This document shows positions 56,853 to 64,000 of a stretch of DNA of 64,000 bases, in pieces. How positions within the stretch are numbered: the first letter of the stretch is position 1; the number at the start of each line of letters is the position of its first letter. Source of the DNA: an uncultured bacterium. Its GTDB lineage: Bacteria; Planctomycetota; UBA1135; GCA-002686595. Made by a program: the position numbers and the translations under genes. The notes under the pieces are model-generated. The model had not been told where the DNA came from. It did not search any database and saw only the letters and a list, made by a program, of their open reading frames with translations. The stretch lies in contig CALSNU010000001.1 of NCBI GenBank assembly GCA_943787795.1, forward strand, positions 320,001-384,000, read 5' to 3'.

Positions 56853-58916
56853 TCACTGGAACGTCACCGACAGGGCGTCGGAGAAGTTGCTGGTACTGCC
56901 GACGTCCCGGAACCAGTACTGGAAGTTGTAGGAGTCACCGGGGAGCACGGCGATGAAGCCCGTCGGCTGCGGCCACATGTTGAGGTCCGTGGGGACAGAC
57001 ACCGTGGTGCCCGAGCCCGTGTTGACCACGTTGGCGATGAACCGGCCTACCGGGCCGCCGCCGATGCAGAGGTTTCCGACCGAGGCGCCCACGTTGGGGA
57101 CGAAGACCGACCCCTGTGAGACGAAGAAGTAACCGCTCGAGTTGTTGGGCAGGCACTCCGCGTTGAGCATGAAGGCGTTGTCCACGACCAGGTCGCTGCC
57201 GGTGCCGAACATGTGGGCGCCGAAGCCAGACGAGTTGAGCACGGCCGAGCAGAAGTTCGATCCGACCTCAGTCGATGCGCCGATGTCGTAGTCCAGCACG
57301 TAGTCGGCGCAGCTCTCGCCGGGCTGGAATGCGAAGGTGGCGACCTTGAGCACGTACGTCTGAGGCTGCCCCGACTTGTTCGTGTAGGTGATGGTCTCGA
57401 CCGCACCGACGGAGAACGAACCGGTGATGAAGCCGGCGTTGGAGTCACAGTTTGCGTCGTCCGTGAACAGGAGCAGGTCGAGGTCCGCCTGGGAGGGGTC
57501 GAGCAGCATCGAGACGTTGATGGTCTCGCCGGGGATCAGGCTGAGCCGGAAGTAGTCCGCCGGCACGAGGCAGTTGACGACCAGATTGATCGTCTGACCC
57601 GTGGATAGCGGGAACGCCGTGGCGCAGGAGACGTTGCCAGCCAGGGGGTCGTCCGGGCACGGCGCGGCAACGGACAACTCGAGGTCGTAGTCACTGCAGT
57701 CGCCAGCGCTTCCCGCGAAGACCGTGACCTCAAGCTTCACCGGGAGCGGGGCTGAGCCGCAGTTCGTGTAGGAGACGGTCTCGTTGTCGGTGACGGAGAA
57801 GCCGAAGTCGTAGGCACCCGTGCAGTCATCGTTGAAGAGGATGATGTCTACGTCGGCCTGGGCCTGGGAGAACAGCGCGTTCGCGGTGAGCGTCATCCCT
57901 GCGGGGATATCGAACGAGTAGTAGTCCGGGTCCGTCTTGGTGACCACGAGTCCAGAGTTGAAGCTCGGAACAGCAAGGGGCGCCGCGGAGTTGCAGTCGT
58001 CGTTGTCCTCGAACACATCGTCGAGGCGGGCCAGGCAGCCTGAGCAATCAAAGCCAAGGTCGGCGCCGAGGACGAGCCAGAAGGAACCGAACGCGGGGTT
58101 GTTCGTGGCCGGGTCATACCCGCCTTCGTTGAAGCACTCGGTGCTCCCGGTGCCCAGGGTGAGCTCGAACCACTGGTCCAGCGTGCCGAGTCCGGAGCCG
58201 ACGCTGCCGGGGTTCTGGAAGACCGTGCCGTCCCCAGTGGGCGCGAGAGGACCGGGACGCGCGCCGATCAGCGGGCCCATCATCGAGCCGGGGTCGGCGG
58301 ACATCAGCAGCCCGAATCCGAACCGATCCACGTCGCCGTCGTCGTACTTGCCGTCCCCGTCTGCAAGCATGCAGAACTCGAAGCCGGTCATGTCGATGTC
58401 GAAGGTGTACGGCGTGATCTGCCCGGGGGTGATCGTTCCAGGGAGTCCGGAGATCGTCAGGTCTAGCAGCGGAGCGGAGCTCCCGAGCGGGTTGGTGCAC
58501 GAGTCGTACTGGGCGAGGATCGTGAGCCTCGCGTTACCGTCACCGATCGAGTCGGTGGCGTAGCCCAGCTGGATGTCGTCGATGCGGTAGCTGTCGGCCG
58601 TTCCCGTGACGCTCACCGGGCTCGAGGAGACCGGGGACGTCGTACTCGGGATCCGGCCCTCGTCGACCACGAGGCTCGAGCCGTTGATGTCGAGGAACAC
58701 CGCACCGTAGTGGTTGTTCGTGTAGACGTCGCCACCGGCACCCATGGCCGACTGTTGAGTCGGATCCGCGGGGATGAACTGTCCCGAGGCCGCGTGGAAT
58801 GTTCCCGCGTGGATCGGAGCCCTGGCAGGAATCCGGTGGAGTTGGGCAGTGGATTGACCGGGCGCGCCCTGGGCGAGGGCGACCGCTCCGATCAGGAGGG
58901 ATGCAGTCTTGAGCAT
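56853..58916 (-). CDS. Secreted protein with two PPC-like domains and conserved C-terminal domain
   Basis: Signal MLKTASLLIGAVALAQG; repeats DD...N..C..A.PL ... DY[YF] ... AD[VL]D..LF ... S....ET..YTN; C-terminal domain ending SVTFQ. Confidence 0.85.
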   Translation of the reverse strand: MLKTASLLIGAVALAQGAPGQSTAQLHRIPARAPIHAGTFHAASGQFIPADPTQQSAMGAGGDVYTNNHYGAVFLDINGSSLVVDEGRIPSTTSPVSSSPVSVTGTADSYRIDDIQLGYATDSIGDGNARLTILAQYDSCTNPLGSSAPLLDLTISGLPGTITPGQITPYTFDIDMTGFEFCMLADGDGKYDDGDVDRFGFGLLMSADPGSMMGPLIGARPGPLAPTGDGTVFQNPGSVGSGLGTLDQWFELTLGTGSTECFNEGGYDPATNNPAFGSFWLVLGADLGFDCSGCLARLDDVFEDNDDCNSAAPLAVPSFNSGLVVTKTDPDYYSFDIPAGMTLTANALFSQAQADVDIILFNDDCTGAYDFGFSVTDNETVSYTNCGSAPLPVKLEVTVFAGSAGDCSDYDLELSVAAPCPDDPLAGNVSCATAFPLSTGQTINLVVNCLVPADYFRLSLIPGETINVSMLLDPSQADLDLLLFTDDANCDSNAGFITGSFSVGAVETITYTNKSGQPQTYVLKVATFAFQPGESCADYVLDYDIGASTEVGSNFCSAVLNSSGFGAHMFGTGSDLVVDNAFMLNAECLPNNSSGYFFVSQGSVFVPNVGASVGNLCIGGGPVGRFIANVVNTGSGTTVSVPTDLNMWPQPTGFIAVLPGDSYNFQYWFRDVGSTSNFSDALSVTFQ

Positions 58917-59472
58917 TTTGCTCTCGGTGGCTGAGGAAATAAAAGGGCAGTGAGGGGCGAGCCGAGCGGGTAGAACCGCACAGGCCACTGCGGGACTTCC
59001 CTATCAGGAAATCACCGCCGCGGGCCGGCGCCACGACAACCGTCAGAGTGTACCTCAGGCGCGGGGTGCTGAAGGGATGGAGGGACCATTTAGAGGGTTG
59101 TCCAGGGTCGAGACACTCGGATCGGCGGCTGGGGGCTCCGAGGTCGAGGGCCCAGGACGTGTCCTGGACGGAGTTGGCGTCCGGCGGTCAGGCAGCGGCT
59201 TCGACGAGACCTGGGCGGCCGAACGCGTGGTCGCCGATTCCCCGCGGCCTTACCCAAGGCAGAGCCAGCGGCGGTGCTTCCAGCGGCGACATTGTCAGCC
59301 GCAGTGTTCTTAGCTGTAGAAGGCCCAGCTTTAGGCCTGCCAGCCGCAGTCTCCCCGACGGCCGTGTCCTCGGCGGCAGCCGCCCCTCTCAGCCGGGTGC
59401 CTTGATGACCCGACCGGGCGTTCCGCCCGTTCGAGGCTGGATCGCTGAATCGCTGGAGGCTGGCCAGGTGAG

Positions 59473-61116
59473 CTAGAGCGCGGGGCGCCGAGCGGTGACC
59501 GCGCGGATGGCGCGCTCCAGCTCGTCCTTCGAGAAGGGCTTGGAGAGGTAGAAGCTCATCCCAGCATCCAGGCAGACCTGCTCGTCCCCCTCGATCGCGT
59601 TCGCCGTGAGGGCCACGATCGGCAGTTGGCTCCCGGGCCCCGGGGTCGCCCGGATGCGGCGCGTCGCCTCGAGGCCGTCGAGGACAGGCATGTTGACGTC
59701 CATGAGGACGATGTCGGCCCCGCCTCGCTCCACGGCCTCGATGGCTTCCAGACCGTTGGAGACCATAGTGACCTCGTGGCCGAGCTTCTCGAGCAGGCCC
59801 TGCGCCACCCTCTGATTGACGATGTTGTCCTCCGCCACGAGCACTCTCATGGAGGGGCTGGCGACCATGGGCTGAGGGGCGTCCGGGGTGGGGGAGAGGG
59901 CCGCCTGGCTCGTCCGTTGGAGGCGGAGCGTGAACTCGAAGCTGGACCCCTCACCGGGCGTGCTGGAGGCCGAGATTTTGCCGCCCATGCCTTCCACGAG
60001 CAGCTTCGAGATCGTCAGCCCGAGCCCCGTGCCGCCATAGCGTCGGCTGACGCTCGAGTCGGCCTGCGTGAAGGCCTCGAAGAGGCGCTCGAGCTCGGAG
60101 GCCTCGATGCCGATCCCGTTGTCGATGACCCGGAAGGTGAGGACGGCGTGGTCCTCCTCATCGTCCCTGCAGCGGACCTGGATCCGGACGAGCCCGCCCG
60201 GGGTGAACTTCAGGGCGTTCCCAGCCAGGTTCGTGAGCACCTGCTGGATGCGGTGGTGATCCCCCAGCACGAGGTCCGGAAGCTCGTCGGGCAGCTCGGC
60301 CTCAAGGCGCGCGGAGGACTGCCTGGCGGCGGCACCGAGGGTGGCGATCACGCCCCGCACGGTCTGCTGGACGGAGAAGGGGACGCTCTCAAACTCCACG
60401 GCGCCGTTCTCGGCCTTGCTGAGGTCGAGGACGTCGTTGATGATCCTCACGAGCGTCTCCCCGGTGTTCTCGATCGTCGAGACGAAGTTCGACTGCTCCT
60501 CGTCGAGCTGGGTGTCCTTGAGCAGCGCCGCCAGCCCGAGGACCCCGTTCATCGGGGTGCGGAGTTCATGACTCATGACCGCGAGGAACATGGCCTTGTC
60601 CTCGGCGGACGACTCGGCGCGGGCGAGGGCCTGGTCGCGCTCGGTCTGGTCGAGGGCGAGGATCGTGAAGCTCGGGCCCGCCTTGGGGCGGTGCATCAAC
60701 AGCAGGAAGGAGCGTGCCTCCCCGCGGACTTGGACAGGTATCGAGCAGGGGTCGGAGCGGTACTGGGCGGACCCGGCGAAGTCGGAGACGGCTGCGGTCC
60801 AGTCGGGTCCCTCGCCCAGGGAACCAACAGGTTGATCGAGGACCTGGTCGACGCTCCTGCCCAGGCTGGAGACGAAGTACGAGTTGGCGTCGATATAGCT
60901 CCCTTGATCGTCCACCCGCGCCACGATCCAGGGGGCCGACTCCACGAGATCGACGTAGCGGCCCTGGTGCTCGGAAATGGTCCGGAAGAGCGACGCCTTG
61001 GCGGTGATCTCCTCCGCGAGCATCGACTCGAGAGCGCCGAGGCGGGTCTGGAGTGAGCTGATCTCCTGGAGGAGTTGCTCTCGCTCCTCAGCGGGAGATC
61101 TGGGGATCGGCTGCAT
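59473..61116 (-). CDS. PAS hybrid histidine kinase / response regulator
   Basis: FLAVMSHELRTP, NLAGNALKFT, DNGIGI, GGTGLGL, REC (VAEDN, LMDVNMP, KP). Confidence 0.93.
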   Translation of the reverse strand: MQPIPRSPAEEREQLLQEISSLQTRLGALESMLAEEITAKASLFRTISEHQGRYVDLVESAPWIVARVDDQGSYIDANSYFVSSLGRSVDQVLDQPVGSLGEGPDWTAAVSDFAGSAQYRSDPCSIPVQVRGEARSFLLLMHRPKAGPSFTILALDQTERDQALARAESSAEDKAMFLAVMSHELRTPMNGVLGLAALLKDTQLDEEQSNFVSTIENTGETLVRIINDVLDLSKAENGAVEFESVPFSVQQTVRGVIATLGAAARQSSARLEAELPDELPDLVLGDHHRIQQVLTNLAGNALKFTPGGLVRIQVRCRDDEEDHAVLTFRVIDNGIGIEASELERLFEAFTQADSSVSRRYGGTGLGLTISKLLVEGMGGKISASSTPGEGSSFEFTLRLQRTSQAALSPTPDAPQPMVASPSMRVLVAEDNIVNQRVAQGLLEKLGHEVTMVSNGLEAIEAVERGGADIVLMDVNMPVLDGLEATRRIRATPGPGSQLPIVALTANAIEGDEQVCLDAGMSFYLSKPFSKDELERAIRAVTARRPAL

Positions 61117-61708
61117 GGCCCAGCAGGGTTTCGGTGTCAACGACCTCGGCGTAGAGAGGGAAGATACTCTCGCAGTAGAAGTCCTGCTCGGTCTCGTTTC
61201 GGCCAGCGGAGGCGTCGCTCACGATGGTGACTGCGAATCCTCGCTCCGTGGCGGCGCGCGCCGTCGAGTCGATGCAGATGGGAGTCACGACACCCATGAT
61301 GATGACGTGCTCCACGCCTGCGCCGCGGAGATGTTCCTCCAGGTCTGTGCCCAGGAACGCGTTGAAGCTCGTCTTGCCGGTGAGGTGCTGGATCCGGTCA
61401 CCGTACTCGAGGAGCTCGGGGATCGTCCGCCCGCCTTTGGTGTCGCGGCGGAAGGCGCCGGCGTCCCGGATCGCCGCCAGGAGACCGGTCGGTTGCCCCA
61501 GCTCCTCATAGCCCGGGCTGAAGTGAATGGGGAGATTGATGATCGGGGTCTCTCCACCCATGACCGCGCTCAGCACGCGCTGCGTGTTGGCGAGCACGTT
61601 GTTCTGGCGGGCGTTCTCCTCGATGACGGCGTGCATGGCCCCGTCAGGAGAGAAGTAGTCGTTCTGGAAGCCAACCAGGAGGATGGCGGAGCGGCGAGCG
61701 TTGGACAT
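61088..61708 (-). CDS. Isochorismatase-like cysteine hydrolase family protein lacking the catalytic Asp
   Basis: ILLVGFQNDYF, GKTSFNAFLGTDL, GVVTPICIDSTAR, RGFAVTIVSDA. Confidence 0.88.
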   Translation of the reverse strand: MSNARRSAILLVGFQNDYFSPDGAMHAVIEENARQNNVLANTQRVLSAVMGGETPIINLPIHFSPGYEELGQPTGLLAAIRDAGAFRRDTKGGRTIPELLEYGDRIQHLTGKTSFNAFLGTDLEEHLRGAGVEHVIIMGVVTPICIDSTARAATERGFAVTIVSDASAGRNETEQDFYCESIFPLYAEVVDTETLLGHAADPQISR

Positions 61709-61727
61709 ATCGGTGGGCCTAAGCGGG

Positions 61728-63773
61728 TCAGGGGAGCTGCGTGGCGGCCGCAAGCACCTGGGTTCGGATGTCGTCGAGGCAGAACGGTTTGGTCACCACA
61801 GCATCGAAGGCTGAGTCACCTTCCTCTAGCGGCAGAGCGTTGAGGACATCAGCGGTCACGGCGACGATACGCGTATTCACGGCGCTGGGTCGAGCCTTGA
61901 TCTCTTCGGCGGCGGAGGCGCCGCAGCACTTCGGCATCTGCAGGTCGAGCAGGATCAGGTCGAAGGAGTCACGGCAGGCCGCGTCGACGGCTGCCCGCCC
62001 GTCCTCGACCAGCTCGAAGTCCACTCCGAGCTCCTTCAGGAAGTGAGCGAGGATCCGCCGGTTGACGGCGTTGTCATCTGCGGCGAGGACCTTCAGGGCA
62101 GGGCTGTCTCTACGGCCCGCCGTGGGGTCGCCGGACGCAGACTCCATTGGGCTGACCTCCGAGTCTGAGGGGTTGAACTCGGAGTCCACCGGGGGGGCGG
62201 CGTGGCAGTGCGTCCCTTTGCCGGATCCCTCGCCGGATTCCTCGCTGAGACCCTCGTCGGACCCCTCGCTGGGACCCTCGCTGGGCCCCTCGCTGGGCCC
62301 CTGTTCAGGGGCCGGCTCTTCGCGGGCCACCGGAATGCACACGTCGAAGCGGCTGCCCTCCCCACGCACGCTCTGGACCTCGATCGTGCCGCCCATGAGG
62401 TGGACGAGCTTCTGCGTGATCGTGAGGCCCAGCCCGCTCCCCCCGTAGTTGGCGGCGATCGTCGAGTCCTCCTGCTGAAACACCTCCCAGATCCGCTCGG
62501 GGTGGCTCATGCCCCGTCCGGTGTCCTTGACGGAGGCGCGCAGGCGCAGGGGCGACTCGTCGGTCCACATGTCAAACTCGACGTGGCCCTCTTCGGTGAA
62601 CTTGACCGCGTTGGAGAGCAGGTTGCTGAAGACCTGAAGGAGACGGTGGGGGTCTCCGATCAGCCGCGTCGACTGGCCGGCGCGAGCGGCCCTTCGAAGC
62701 GTCACTCCCTTGGACGAGGCTTCACCCTGGAAGAGGCTGTGGAGGTCTTGGGCGAGCACGTCGAGATCAAATGCCTCCTCGCGGAGCTCCAGATTGCTCG
62801 ACTCCAGCCGTGTGACCTGAAGGACCTCGTCCAGCACGACGCGCAGGTGATCACCGCAGCGCTTGATCAGCTCAGTATGGTCTCGCTGAGCCGCGGACAT
62901 CCCCGTGGACTCGAGGACCTCGACCAGGCCCATGATTCCGCACAGAGGGGTGCGGATCTCGTGACTCATGGTGGCGAGGAACTCCGACTTGATCCTGCTC
63001 GCGGCCTGCGCCGCGAGCTCGGCCTCTCGCTGTGCGGAGATGTCGGTGTGGGTTCCGGTGAAGCGGATGGGCTGCCCGCTGGCGTCACGCTCCACGACCC
63101 GGCCTCGGTCGAGAATGTGGACCCAGTGACCGTCCTTGTGCCGCATCCGGTGGACGTTCTCGTAGAAGGGGGTCTCGCCGCTCAGGTGCGCCTCGATCGC
63201 CTCGAAGCAGGGCGCGAGGTCATCCGGGTGAACCCGCTCCTCCCACTCCTCGAGGCGGAACTCGATCTCGCTGAGTGAGTATCCGAGCATCTGCGCCCAG
63301 CGCTCGTTGAAGCAGACGTCACCCGACTGGGGGTTCCAGTCCCAGGTCCCCAGGCGGGTGCCCTCGATCACGAGTTCGAGCCGGTCGGACTTCTCCTTCA
63401 GCGCCCGCTGGGAGTCGATGAGTCCGTTGATATCAACGAAGGTGGCGACCACCTGGTCTCGCTGGCCGCTGGGCTCGCTGGCGAGCGCGGTGAGGTGGAA
63501 CCAAGCGGCCTGCCCCTCGCCGAGATGGAGCTCGACGGGCCCGAGGTCGGAGCCGCCACGGTCATGGAGGAGGTCACAAATGGCGTCCTGGAGCCTCTCG
63601 CGGTCCTCCACTCCGAGGACCTCATCGAGGCGCTCGACGCCCAGGGCCTCGAGCTGCCTGGCCAGGTTGCCCGAGGACTCCAGGATCTCCCTGCCTTCCG
63701 CTTCTTCCCAACGGACCAGCGAGACGGGGCCGATGTCGAAGAGTCGGCTGGTTGGCTCCTTGGAGGGCTTCAT
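61728..63773 (-). CDS. PAS/PAC hybrid histidine kinase / response regulator
   Basis: PAS (GTWDWN, WEERVHPDD, RMRHKDGHW), FLATMSHEIRTP, NLLSNAVKFT, GGSGLGL, SEGP-repeat linker, REC (ADDN, LLDLQMP, KP). Confidence 0.93.
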   Translation of the reverse strand: MKPSKEPTSRLFDIGPVSLVRWEEAEGREILESSGNLARQLEALGVERLDEVLGVEDRERLQDAICDLLHDRGGSDLGPVELHLGEGQAAWFHLTALASEPSGQRDQVVATFVDINGLIDSQRALKEKSDRLELVIEGTRLGTWDWNPQSGDVCFNERWAQMLGYSLSEIEFRLEEWEERVHPDDLAPCFEAIEAHLSGETPFYENVHRMRHKDGHWVHILDRGRVVERDASGQPIRFTGTHTDISAQREAELAAQAASRIKSEFLATMSHEIRTPLCGIMGLVEVLESTGMSAAQRDHTELIKRCGDHLRVVLDEVLQVTRLESSNLELREEAFDLDVLAQDLHSLFQGEASSKGVTLRRAARAGQSTRLIGDPHRLLQVFSNLLSNAVKFTEEGHVEFDMWTDESPLRLRASVKDTGRGMSHPERIWEVFQQEDSTIAANYGGSGLGLTITQKLVHLMGGTIEVQSVRGEGSRFDVCIPVAREEPAPEQGPSEGPSEGPSEGSDEGLSEESGEGSGKGTHCHAAPPVDSEFNPSDSEVSPMESASGDPTAGRRDSPALKVLAADDNAVNRRILAHFLKELGVDFELVEDGRAAVDAACRDSFDLILLDLQMPKCCGASAAEEIKARPSAVNTRIVAVTADVLNALPLEEGDSAFDAVVTKPFCLDDIRTQVLAAATQLP

Positions 63774-63903
63774 CTAGTGTTCGCTATCGAAATGCCGAGC
63801 AATGACCTGAAGGGGGCTTTTCGAATCTCCGAGCTCATGGGGGGCTGGGGCGCCCCTGGGCTGGACCGTCTCGCGCTCCCTCTTGGCTCTGCCGTGCCTG
63901 TGG

Positions 63904-63951
63904 CCCGGCCGTCCTGTGACCCGGCCGTCCTGTGACCCGGCCGTCCTCTGG
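63904..63951. repeat. 16-bp tandem repeat x3 (CCCGGCCGTCCTGTGA)
   Basis: Read directly. Confidence 0.85.
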
Positions 63952-64000
63952 CCCGTGGCCCGGAGTCTCTGGGGCGCCAGGGCGGGCAGGAGGCGATGTC

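Overview
High-GC bacterial window whose gene content points to a Planctomycetota (OM190-like) genome; this taxonomy is an inference from protein styles. Left to right: a heavily frameshifted lamin-tail/CotH-kinase gene divergent from a VTC-domain / DUF4956-like / HlyD-like operon; a four-gene ferric-reductase-Rieske membrane redox cluster; ArnT-like, LPS-kinase and methyltransferase genes; two Ser/Thr kinases; a phosphotransferase/IMPase pair; a small islet next to tRNA-Gly(CCC); a MipA-like OMP with two lipoproteins; typA; DDAH; three PAS hybrid histidine kinases; a DEDDh-WYL exonuclease; a Thr-type sulfatase-like enzyme; an Asp-to-Glu atypical OmpR regulator; and a wzc/wecA/wza/O-antigen-ligase polysaccharide locus. 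The most notable signal is a ~125-140 aa C-terminal domain (C-x4-N-S-x-G ... G-x-L-C ... W/Y-x-F/A-Q-x3-R-D ... N-F/L-S/T) shared by four otherwise unrelated, apparently exported proteins, a candidate lineage-specific sorting or surface-anchoring signal. Other leads are the VTC/DUF4956/CotH module, two intergenic structured segments sharing sequence motifs (candidate ncRNA family), and an isochorismatase-like protein lacking its catalytic Asp between two kinases. No CRISPR array, rRNA or intact mobile element was seen. All family assignments come from motif recognition by eye; no database searches were run.
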